Of a stretch of DNA of 64,000 bases, positions 53,071 to 61,697 are shown one piece after another. Position 1 is the stretch's first letter. Each line of letters starts with the position of its first letter. The notes under the pieces were generated by a model. That model ran no database searches. It was not told where the DNA came from and was given only the letters and a program-made list of their open reading frames with translations. The position numbers and the translations under genes are program-made. Source of the stretch: an uncultured Actinomycetota bacterium (GTDB lineage Bacteria > Actinomycetota > Actinomycetes > Actinomycetales > Dermatophilaceae); NCBI GenBank assembly GCA_963773655.1, contig CAVZBX010000006.1:97201-161200 (forward strand), in the 5' to 3' direction.

Positions 53071-54363
53071 TCAGGGCGCGACGGGCACCTGGACGCTCCG
53101 GCCCGCGCCGGCCTCCTCCGCGGCCTCGAGCCTGCGGCGGCGCGCCAGCAGGACGACCACGGCGACGGCGCCGGCGAGCACGGGGACCAGGTAGGCGCGC
53201 TGGGCACCCCAGGCCTCGACCGCCCACCCACCGAGCGCGGAGCCCGCCGCGATGCCGACGAGGATGCCGGTGACGGCCACCGCCATCCCCTCGGTCACGA
53301 GCGCCGGGGGCACCAGGCGCTGGGCGAGGGACAGGCTCGTGATGAGCATCGGGGCGGTGGCCGACCCGGCGACGAACATGACGACGACGAGCGGCCACAC
53401 CCCGGGCGCCACGAGCGCCGGCAGCTCGAGCAGCACCATCGCGGCGGCCGCGACGACCAGCCGGGCCGTCATGCTCGAGCGGAACGACCGGCTGCCGAAG
53501 ACCAGGCCCGAGAGGGTCGACCCCAGCGCGAACGCGCCGAGCACCACGCTCGACAGGCTCGGGCTCCCCGCGGCATCCGCGTACGCCACGGCCACGACCT
53601 CGTTGGCCCCGAAGATCACCCCGGTCATGATGAGCACGCCGGCGACGACGAGCAGGCCGGGCCAGCGCACCGCCAGCCCGGGGGGCCGGTCGACGTGCGG
53701 CACGACCGGCGGCTCGGTGGCCCGCGCGGAGAGGAAGAGCACCGCACCGGCGGTGAAGAAGGTGACCGCGAGCAGCAGCCCCGCCTCGGGGAACCACAGC
53801 GTCGAGACCAGGACCGCCACGACCGGCCCCACGACGAAGGACGCCTCGTCGACGACCTGCTCGAAGGACATCGCCGTGTGCAGCCGGGCGGGGTCGTCCC
53901 GGAACACGTGCGCCCACCGGGCGCGTGACATCGGGCCGGGCTCCGGCAGGAAGGCGCTGGCGCCGTACAGGACGACGAGCACCCACGCGGGGGCGAGCAG
54001 CCACGAGGCGAGCGCCGTCGCGACACCGCTCACCGCCGCGACGACGACGAACGGCAGGGCGACGCGGCGCTGGCCGTGCTTGTCGACGAGCCGGCCGAGC
54101 AGCGGGCCGGCCACCGCGAGCACCGTGAGTCCCACGGCCGAGACGAGGCCCGCCAGCGCGTACGAGCCACGCCGCTCGCTCACCATGACGATGACGGCGA
54201 CCCCGAACATGGCGCCCCCGACGCGTGAGACCGCGGCCCCGGTGATGAAGGCCGCGGCACCGGGGACCCGGAACAGGGGGGCGTAGGGGGAGAGCACGGC
54301 GGACTCGCTGGGGCTGGGCGGCCGGGGGCCGACGACGGACGGGGCGGTGAACCGCGCCATCAT
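53071..54363 (-). CDS. MFS transporter.
   Basis: 12-TM layout with motif-A-like GRLVDKHGQRRV. The start is taken at ATG 54363 or 54360. Confidence 0.8.
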   Translation of the reverse strand: MMARFTAPSVVGPRPPSPSESAVLSPYAPLFRVPGAAAFITGAAVSRVGGAMFGVAVIVMVSERRGSYALAGLVSAVGLTVLAVAGPLLGRLVDKHGQRRVALPFVVVAAVSGVATALASWLLAPAWVLVVLYGASAFLPEPGPMSRARWAHVFRDDPARLHTAMSFEQVVDEASFVVGPVVAVLVSTLWFPEAGLLLAVTFFTAGAVLFLSARATEPPVVPHVDRPPGLAVRWPGLLVVAGVLIMTGVIFGANEVVAVAYADAAGSPSLSSVVLGAFALGSTLSGLVFGSRSFRSSMTARLVVAAAAMVLLELPALVAPGVWPLVVVMFVAGSATAPMLITSLSLAQRLVPPALVTEGMAVAVTGILVGIAAGSALGGWAVEAWGAQRAYLVPVLAGAVAVVVLLARRRRLEAAEEAGAGRSVQVPVAP

Positions 54364-54508
54364 CGCGCCCGGGTGCGACTCCCGACAAACCACTTCCCAC
54401 GGCGCCGCAACCGACCCGACCGGCGCGGCCCCGATGTCGAGGATGCCCCGTCGGCTCCGACCCAGGGGTGCACGCGGTCAGAATGGACCGCACCACCGAA
54501 GGAGAGTC

Positions 54509-54916
54509 ATGGCCAAGTTCCTGCTGCTCAAGCACTACCGGGGCCCCAAGACCTCGCTCAACGACGTGCCGATGGACCAGTGGTCCCCGGAGGAGGTCGA
54601 GGCACACATGCGGTTCATGGACGACTTCGCCGACCGTCTGCGCGACAACGGTGAGTTCGTCGACGGCCGGGCGCTGGCGCCGGACGGGATGTGGGTCCGC
54701 TGGGACGGCGAGGACAAGCCGCCGGTCGTCGACGGCCCCTTCGCCGAGACCAAGGACCTGATCGCCGGCTGGATGGTCATCGACGTCGAGTCGACGGAGC
54801 GCGCCGTCGAGCTCGCGGGTGAGCTCTCCGGGGCGCCGGCCGCCGGCGGACGACCGCTCGGTGAGTGGCTCGAGGTCCGCCCCTTCCTCGAGGCGCCCCC
54901 CACCATCACCGAGTGA
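54509..54916 (+). CDS. YCII-related (DGPF) domain protein.
   Basis: MAKFLLLKHYRG...DGPFAETKDLIAGWMVIDVES contains the DGPF motif. GAAGGAGA lies upstream of ATG 54509. Confidence 0.85.
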   Translation: MAKFLLLKHYRGPKTSLNDVPMDQWSPEEVEAHMRFMDDFADRLRDNGEFVDGRALAPDGMWVRWDGEDKPPVVDGPFAETKDLIAGWMVIDVESTERAVELAGELSGAPAAGGRPLGEWLEVRPFLEAPPTITE

Positions 54917-54927
54917 GGGCATCGCCG

Positions 54928-56067
54928 ATGGACGAGCAGGCCCTGCGGAGCCTCGTTCCCGCCGTCATCGGCGTCCTCCTCCGACGCGGGGTGGACTTCG
55001 CGTCGGCCGAGGACGCCGTGCAGGACGCCCTGGTCTCGGCCCTGGAGTCCTGGCCCGCGGACCCGCCGCGGGACCCCAGGGGGTGGCTGGTCACGGTTGC
55101 CTGGCGACGGCACGTCGACCAGCTGCGGGCGACGCAGAGCCGGCGGGCCCGGGAGGAACGCGTGCACCGCGAGCCGGCTCCGGGGCCCTCGAGGGGTACC
55201 GACGACACCTTGTGGCTGTACTTCCTGTGCGCCCACCCCGCGCTGAGCAGCGCCTCGGCGGTGGCCCTCACCCTCCGCGCGCTCGGCGGGCTGACCACCC
55301 GGCAGATCGCGCAGGCGCACCTGGTGCCCGAGACCACGATGGCGCAGCGGATCAGCAGGGCCAAGCGCACCGTCGCGGAGGCCGGGATCCAGGCGCCGGG
55401 CGACCTGGGGACGGTGATGCGCACGCTCTACCTCGTCTTCACCGAGGGCTACGGCGGCGACGTCGACCTCGCCGCGGAGGCGATCCGGCTGGCCCGGGGA
55501 CTGCGCTCCCTCACCGACGACCCCGAGGTCGCGGGCCTGCTCGCCCTCTTCCTCCTCCACCACGCCCGTCGGGTCGCCCGCACCCGACCCGACGGCGCGC
55601 TGGTTCCGCTCGCCGGGCAGGACCGGACGCAGTGGGACACCTCGCTCATCGCAGAGGGGGTCGACATCCTCCAGGAGGCGCTGGCACGCGACCGGCTCGG
55701 TGAGTACCAGACGCAGGCCGCCATCGCGGCCCTGCACGCCGACGCCCCGAGCGTCGACGAGACCGACTGGGTGCAGGTCGTCGAGTGGTACGACGAGCTC
55801 GTCGCGCTGACCGACAGCCCGGTGCACCGCCTGAACCGGGCGGTCGCCGTCGGAGAGGCCGACGGCGGACCTGCCGGGCTCGCGGCACTGGACGGACTCG
55901 ACCCTGCGCTGCCCCGTTACGCGGCGGTGAGCGCCCACCTGCACGAGAAGGCCGGCGACGTCCCCGCGGCCGCCGGTCTCTACCGGCAGGCGGCGGACGC
56001 GGCGACGAGCATCCACGAGCGCAACCACCTGCTGAAGCAGGCCGCGCGTCTGCGCGACATCACCTAG
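54928..56067 (+). CDS. ECF sigma factor with a long C-terminal TPR-like extension (ECF42-type).
   Basis: Region 2 reads AEDAVQDALVSALESWP...PRGWLVTVAWRR and region 4 reads ALTLRALGGLTTRQIAQAHLVPETTMAQRISRAKR. These are followed by about 230 aa of helical extension. It lies immediately downstream of a DGPF protein. Confidence 0.85.
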   Translation: MDEQALRSLVPAVIGVLLRRGVDFASAEDAVQDALVSALESWPADPPRDPRGWLVTVAWRRHVDQLRATQSRRAREERVHREPAPGPSRGTDDTLWLYFLCAHPALSSASAVALTLRALGGLTTRQIAQAHLVPETTMAQRISRAKRTVAEAGIQAPGDLGTVMRTLYLVFTEGYGGDVDLAAEAIRLARGLRSLTDDPEVAGLLALFLLHHARRVARTRPDGALVPLAGQDRTQWDTSLIAEGVDILQEALARDRLGEYQTQAAIAALHADAPSVDETDWVQVVEWYDELVALTDSPVHRLNRAVAVGEADGGPAGLAALDGLDPALPRYAAVSAHLHEKAGDVPAAAGLYRQAADAATSIHERNHLLKQAARLRDIT

Positions 56068-56176
56068 CCGCGACGCCGGCGCCCGGGCCCTGCCCAGGAC
56101 GTGGGTGGGAACCGTCTCCATGACGACGGTCTTCAGCCACGTTCCCGCCGGGGGTGGCGGGTCGGTACGACCGTGG

Positions 56177-57643
56177 TCAGGTGCGGGCTGAGGCCGCGCC
56201 GAGGAGGGCGGCGAGGCCGAGGGCGCTGCGCGGGTCGTAGGCGCTGCGCCACAGCCCGCCGTGCGCCGCGGCGAAGGCCTCGTCCTGCCACGGGTGGTCG
56301 TGGCGGGGGGACCCGGCCACGAGGTCGTGGACGAGCAGCGCGGCCATCAGCGTGTTCGCGGTGCCGGGCTCGAACACCTCGACCCCGAACCGGTGCGCAC
56401 CGGCGTAGGCGGCGGCGAGCGCGCGGTTCTTCACGACCGAGCGGGTCCGCGTCGGCGGGGCGACCTTGAACGACACCGTGGCCCCGGAGGCCCGGGCCAC
56501 CGTGGCGCGCCACCGCTGGATCCGCTTGGCGAGCAGGTAGTTCGGCCCCTGCTGGATGACGACGGAGTCGTTGATGCCGGGGTCCTCACCGGGGAGGTAG
56601 TTGCGGCGCAGCAGCCGCCCGCCGGACAGCGTGCGCAGCGGCACCCGCAGCACCTTGGAGGTGCGGCGCTCGGCGTAGGAGCGCACCGAGGCCTCGACCG
56701 CCTCCCCCGGCACGGCGAAGACGTCCGTGGGGGTGGCGAGGAAGGAGAGCGCGGTGTCGGGACGCTGGCCGCGCACCGCCTCGGACAGGGCGTCGACGGC
56801 GGTGGACACCCGCACGTTGGTGGCGCCGTCGGCGTACACGTAGTTGCCGAGGACGAGGGCCCCCGGGACGCCGGTGACCCACGCGGTGGCGCTCGGCAGG
56901 TCGTGGAGCAGGTCGACGCCCGCGCGCTCGCCCACCGGTCCGGACCCGGCGCGCGCCGGAAGGAGCAGCCGGCCCGCCAGCCCCGAGGTGTCGTCGAGCA
57001 GGCGGGACCACAGGTCGGGCCGGGGCAGGTCGACGGCCGCCACCGTGGCCCCCCACCGCAGCAGCGCCCGGAGCGGACCCATCTCGGCGGCGGCCCCGAG
57101 CACGACGACCGTGCGCCCGTCGAGCCGCAGCCACTCCGGGTGCTCCATCACCGCCGTCACCGCCTCGCGCAGGCTGGGCTCCACCACGCCGGCCTCGACC
57201 CAGGCGTCGAGGCGACGCCGCAGGTCGTCCCCGGCGAGGCGCTGGCCGCGGTACGGCAGCGTGAACGCGGTGTCGGGCTCGCCCCGCCCCTCGACCACCT
57301 CGGTGTCGAGCAGGTCGTGCGGGCCCCCGGTGGCGCCCCCGACGGCCGCGGAGAGCGGCGCCTCCTCACCCTCGCGCGGCACCCACCGCATCCGGCCGTG
57401 AACCGACGCCAGGCCGGCCTCGGCGATGCTGCGCGCGTCCGCGTAGCTGGGCAGCCCGGCCTCCACGACCCTGCGGAAGTGGGTGAGGTAGCCGCTGCGC
57501 CAGTTCGTCTCGCGCTGGGCGGCGGCCGACCCCACCGGGTCCACCGGGGCCAGTGCGTCGGCCACGACGGCGCGGCCGGTGGCCGACGTCGACCGACGGC
57601 CCTCGACCTCCGGGAAGACGACGCCCCGCTCGCCCTGCGCCAC
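56177..57643 (-). CDS. Conserved hypothetical protein with a Rossmann-like GxxxxxG segment, co-operonic with bkdC.
   Basis: GTG 57643 lies 2 nt after the E2 stop (57646-57648). Coding-like composition throughout 488 aa. Contains RTVVVLGAAAEMGPLRALLRWGATVAAVDL. No family recognised by eye. Confidence 0.6.
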   Translation of the reverse strand: MAQGERGVVFPEVEGRRSTSATGRAVVADALAPVDPVGSAAAQRETNWRSGYLTHFRRVVEAGLPSYADARSIAEAGLASVHGRMRWVPREGEEAPLSAAVGGATGGPHDLLDTEVVEGRGEPDTAFTLPYRGQRLAGDDLRRRLDAWVEAGVVEPSLREAVTAVMEHPEWLRLDGRTVVVLGAAAEMGPLRALLRWGATVAAVDLPRPDLWSRLLDDTSGLAGRLLLPARAGSGPVGERAGVDLLHDLPSATAWVTGVPGALVLGNYVYADGATNVRVSTAVDALSEAVRGQRPDTALSFLATPTDVFAVPGEAVEASVRSYAERRTSKVLRVPLRTLSGGRLLRRNYLPGEDPGINDSVVIQQGPNYLLAKRIQRWRATVARASGATVSFKVAPPTRTRSVVKNRALAAAYAGAHRFGVEVFEPGTANTLMAALLVHDLVAGSPRHDHPWQDEAFAAAHGGLWRSAYDPRSALGLAALLGAASART

Positions 57644-57645
57644 GC

Positions 57646-59178
57646 TCAGCCCCAGACGAGGGCGCGCGCCGGGTCGGACAGCAGGCCGGCGACGGTGGCG
57701 AGGAACCTCGACCCCAGCTCGCCGTCGACGAGCCGGTGGTCGAACGAGAGGGCGAGCGTGGTGACCCAGCGCGGCTCGATCCGCTCGTCGGCGCCCTCGC
57801 CGACGACCCACGGCTGCCGCGCGACCGACCCGATGGCGAGGATGGCCGACTCCCCCGGGTTGAGGATGGGGGTGCCCCCGTCGACGCCGAAGACACCGAC
57901 GTTGGTGATGGTGATCGTGCCGCCGGCCATGTCGGCCGGCTGGAGGCGGCCCTCACGTGCCGTCGCGGTGAGCTCGCCGATGGTCCGCGCCAGCTCGAGC
58001 AGCGACATCCGGTGGGCGTCCTTGACGTTCGGGACCACGAGCCCGCGCGGCGTGGCCGCCGCGAACCCGAGGTTGACGTAGTGCTTGAGCACGATCTCCT
58101 GGGCGGCCTCGTCCCACGTGGCGTTGACCCCGGGGTGCCGCTTCACCGCCAGGCACATGGCCTTGGCGAGGACCGTCATCGGGGTCACCTTGACGTCGCT
58201 GAAGTCCCGGTCGCGCCTGAGCCGCTCGACGAGCTCCATCGTCGCGGTGACGTCGACGGTGACCCACTCGGTGACGTGCGGCGCGGTGAACGCGGAGGCC
58301 ACCATCGCCTGGGCGGTCACCTTCCGGACGCCCTTGACGGGGACGCGCGTCTCCCCGGAGGGGCCCGGGGCCCAGCGCCCACCCCCGGACCGGCCGGCCC
58401 GGGTGTCGGCACCCTCGGGTGCGGGGCGCTCGTCGCCGCCGGAGGCCGCCGCCTCCACGTCGGCGCGGGTGACGACGCCTCCCTCGCCGGTGGGGGTCAC
58501 CGAGCCGAGGTCGACGCCGAGGTCCTTGGCCAGCTTCCGGACCGGGGGCTTGGCCAGCGCCCGCACCTGTGCCCCGGTGAGCTCCACGCGGCGGTCGCCC
58601 TCGACCGGCGCCTGGTCGCGCGGGGCGACGGCGGGGGCGGGACGCGCCGCGGCCCGGGGGGCGGGCGCGGGCTCGTCGTCGGGCACCGGGGTGGGGACCA
58701 GGTCGGTGCTGCCGAGGGCGGAGTCGGATGCCGGCTGCTTGCGGGGTCGGCGGCGGGCCTCGGTCTGCCGGACGCCGTAGCCGACGAGCACCGCGGTGCG
58801 CCCGCCCATCGAGGCGTCGGACCCGGCGTCGCCGCCGGACCCGGGACCACCGGCTGCCGCGGGGGTGCCGGCGGCCGGCTCCTCGGCGGCACCGGACTCC
58901 CGCTCGTCGGCCGGAGTCGGCGCCGGGCCGCCCCCGGTGCCGTCGTCGACCCGGAGGATCGGGGTGCCGACCTCGACGGTGTCGCCCTCGGCCACGAGCA
59001 GCTCGCCCACGGTGCCCGCGAAGGGCACGGGAAGCTCGACGAGCGACTTGGCGGTCTCGATCTCGACCACGACGTCGTTGACCTTGACGGTGTCGCCGGC
59101 CCTGACGTGCCACGTGACGATCTCGGCCTCGGTCAGGCCCTCTCCGGGGTCGGGAAGCTTGAACTCACGAAGAGCCAT
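57646..59178 (-). CDS. bkdC: Dihydrolipoamide acyltransferase (E2) of a 2-oxoacid (branched-chain type) dehydrogenase complex.
   Basis: Lipoyl domain with VVEIETAKSLVELP, an Ala/Pro-rich linker, a subunit-binding domain, and a catalytic C-terminus with SFDHRLVDG. Confidence 0.9.
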   Translation of the reverse strand: MALREFKLPDPGEGLTEAEIVTWHVRAGDTVKVNDVVVEIETAKSLVELPVPFAGTVGELLVAEGDTVEVGTPILRVDDGTGGGPAPTPADERESGAAEEPAAGTPAAAGGPGSGGDAGSDASMGGRTAVLVGYGVRQTEARRRPRKQPASDSALGSTDLVPTPVPDDEPAPAPRAAARPAPAVAPRDQAPVEGDRRVELTGAQVRALAKPPVRKLAKDLGVDLGSVTPTGEGGVVTRADVEAAASGGDERPAPEGADTRAGRSGGGRWAPGPSGETRVPVKGVRKVTAQAMVASAFTAPHVTEWVTVDVTATMELVERLRRDRDFSDVKVTPMTVLAKAMCLAVKRHPGVNATWDEAAQEIVLKHYVNLGFAAATPRGLVVPNVKDAHRMSLLELARTIGELTATAREGRLQPADMAGGTITITNVGVFGVDGGTPILNPGESAILAIGSVARQPWVVGEGADERIEPRWVTTLALSFDHRLVDGELGSRFLATVAGLLSDPARALVWG

Positions 59179-59193
59179 GTGGGGCGGTGCCTT

Positions 59194-60168
59194 TCAGTAC
59201 GCGAGCGAGCGGTCGACGGCGTCGAGGACCCGGTCGAGGTCGGGGAGGAACTCCTCCTCGAGCCGGCTGGGCGGGTAGGGCACGTTGTACCCGCCCACCC
59301 GCAGCACCGGCGCCTCGAGCGAGTAGAACGCCTCCTCGGTGACCATCGCCGCGATCTCGGCGCCCATCCCGAGGAAGGTGGACGCCTCGTGGACGACGAC
59401 GGCGCGCCCGGTCCTGCGGACGGAGCCGAGCACGGCCTCGCGGTCGAGCGGGGCGAGGGAGCGCAGGTCGACGACCTCGAGCGAGCGGCCCTCCTCCTCG
59501 GCGGCCTGCGCGGCCTGGAGGCAGGTCTTGACCATGGGTCCGTAGGCGAAGAGCGTCAGGTCGTTGCCCTCGCGCAGCACCCGCGCGGTGCCGAGGGCGC
59601 CGTCGGGCTCGTCGCCGACCTCGCCCTTGTCCCAGTAGCGCCGCTTGGGTTCGTAGAAGACGACCGGGTCGTCGGTCTCGACGGCCTGCTGGATCATCCA
59701 GTGGGCGTCGTGCGGGTTGGAGACGGACACCACGCGCAGCCCGGCGGTGTGGGCGAAGTACGCCTCGTTGGACTCGCTGTGGTGCTCCACCGCGCCGATG
59801 CCGCCGCCGAAGGGGATCCGGATGACCATCGGCATGCGCACCTGGCCGCGCGAGCGCGAGTGCAGCTTGGCGACCTGGCTGACGATGTGGTCGAACGCCG
59901 GGTAGACGAACCCGTCGAACTGGATCTCGACGACCGGGCGGTACCCGCGCAGGGCCATCCCGATGGCGGTGCCGACGATGCCGGCCTCGGCGAGCGGGGT
60001 GTCGATGACGCGGTCCTCGCCGAAGTCCTTCTGGAGGCCCTCGGTGACCCGGAAGACGCCACCGAGCTTGCCGATGTCCTCACCCATGAGGACGACCCGG
60101 CTGTCCTTCTCCATCGCCGCCCGCAGGCCGCTCGTGATGCCCTTGGCGAGGGTCGTGGCCTGGCTCAT
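59194..60168 (-). CDS. bkdB: 2-oxoacid dehydrogenase E1 component, beta subunit.
   Basis: VLMGEDIGKLGGVFRVTEGLQKDFGEDRVIDTPLAEAGIVG is the canonical E1-beta sequence. ATG 60168 overlaps the E1-alpha stop (ATGA). Confidence 0.95.
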   Translation of the reverse strand: MSQATTLAKGITSGLRAAMEKDSRVVLMGEDIGKLGGVFRVTEGLQKDFGEDRVIDTPLAEAGIVGTAIGMALRGYRPVVEIQFDGFVYPAFDHIVSQVAKLHSRSRGQVRMPMVIRIPFGGGIGAVEHHSESNEAYFAHTAGLRVVSVSNPHDAHWMIQQAVETDDPVVFYEPKRRYWDKGEVGDEPDGALGTARVLREGNDLTLFAYGPMVKTCLQAAQAAEEEGRSLEVVDLRSLAPLDREAVLGSVRRTGRAVVVHEASTFLGMGAEIAAMVTEEAFYSLEAPVLRVGGYNVPYPPSRLEEEFLPDLDRVLDAVDRSLAY

Positions 60169-61361
60169 CGGCTCGCCCCCTCGAACGAGGCGTGGTACTC
60201 GTCGAACCACGCGCGCTCACGCTCCATCACCGGGTGGGCCTCGGCGTAGACCTGGTCGAACATCTGCGAGCCGTCGGGGTCGGGCATGGCCAGGCAGCGC
60301 TCGCGCACCGAGGCGCCGAGCTCGTCGGCCTCGGCGTCGACGGCCTCGAGGAAGCCGGCGTCCACCGTCCCCGTGGTCGACAGCCAGCGCTTGAACCGCT
60401 GGATGGGGTCGCGGTGCTTCCACACCTCGACCTCGGCGGAGACCCGGTACTTCGTCGGGTCGTCGGAGGTGGTGTGCGCGCCCATCCGGTAGGTGAACGC
60501 CTCGACGAAGGTGGGCCCCTGGCCGGAGCGGGCGGCGTCGAGGGCCCGGGTGGTGACGGCGTAGACCGCGAGCACGTCGTTGCCGTCGACGCGGATGCCC
60601 GGGAAACCGAAGCCGCGGGCGCGGTGGTAGAGCGGCGCGCGGGTCTGCTTCTCGTTGGGCTCGGAGATCGCCCACTGGTTGTTCTGGCAGAAGAACACCA
60701 CCGGGCTGTTGTTGACGCCGGCGAAGACCAGCGACTCCGAGACGTCGCCCTGCGAGGTGGCCCCGTCGCCGAAGTAGGCGATGACGGCGGTGTCGCGCTG
60801 CGCGTCACCGGTGCCGACGTCGCCGTCGCGCTGCACGCCCATCGCGTAGCCCGTCGCGTGCAGCGTCTGGGCGCCGATGATGATCGTGTAGAGGTGGAAG
60901 TTCTTCTCGTTGGGGTCCCAGCCCCCGTGGTTGACGCCCCGGAACATGCCGAGCAGGTTCACCGGGTCGACGCCGCGGCACCAGGCCACACCGTGCTCGC
61001 GGTAGGTGGGGAAGGCGTAGTCCTGCGGCCGGAGGGCGCGGCCCGAGCCCACCTGGGCCGCCTCCTGCCCGAGCAGGCTCGCCCACAGACCGAGCTCCCC
61101 CTGGCGCTGCAGCGCGGTGGCCTCGGTGTCGAAGCGCCGGACGAGCACCAGGTCGCGGTAGAAGCCACGCAGGTCGTCGTCGGACAAGGAGTCGACGAGC
61201 GGGTCGAGCTCGGGGTTCGGGAGCCGCTCACCCTCCGGGCTGAGCAGCTGGACCATCTCGGGACCACCCTCGGCGAGGGGGCGGTCCGGGGCCTGCGCGC
61301 GGCTGACGTGGTGGTCGACGCCGAACGCCGTCTCGAGGGGGGCGACCTCGTTGTCGCTCAC
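60165..61361 (-). CDS. bkdA: 2-oxoacid dehydrogenase E1 component, alpha subunit (thiamine-diphosphate dependent).
   Basis: TPP-binding motif YFGDGATSQGDVSESLVFAGVNNSPVVFFCQNN and YRMGAHTTSDDP. Confidence 0.9.
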   Translation of the reverse strand: MSDNEVAPLETAFGVDHHVSRAQAPDRPLAEGGPEMVQLLSPEGERLPNPELDPLVDSLSDDDLRGFYRDLVLVRRFDTEATALQRQGELGLWASLLGQEAAQVGSGRALRPQDYAFPTYREHGVAWCRGVDPVNLLGMFRGVNHGGWDPNEKNFHLYTIIIGAQTLHATGYAMGVQRDGDVGTGDAQRDTAVIAYFGDGATSQGDVSESLVFAGVNNSPVVFFCQNNQWAISEPNEKQTRAPLYHRARGFGFPGIRVDGNDVLAVYAVTTRALDAARSGQGPTFVEAFTYRMGAHTTSDDPTKYRVSAEVEVWKHRDPIQRFKRWLSTTGTVDAGFLEAVDAEADELGASVRERCLAMPDPDGSQMFDQVYAEAHPVMERERAWFDEYHASFEGASR

Positions 61362-61697
61362 TGGGCACTCCTTCTCCGGGCTCCCGTGGTGACGGTCGCC
61401 GCGTCGGTGCCGGCCGGGTCCGGGCGAGGGTGGCCCGGTGCGGCCGACGGGGTCGTGGTGGCCGCGTGCCGGGTGGGGCTGCGGTCACTGCCGGTGTCGC
61501 CCCCACCGTACCGGCCCGGCGGGCGCCACCGGAACGCGTCGACGGCCGACCCTCACCCACCCGCCGCGTGTGCTCACGCGGTCGCCGGGGCCGCCGCCCG
61601 CGCACACGAGCCGGATGCAGCGACGGCCGAAACCGGCGGACCGGACGCCGCGCGCAGGCCTACCCTGCTGTGCGGAGCACCCGAGCGAGGAGGACCG

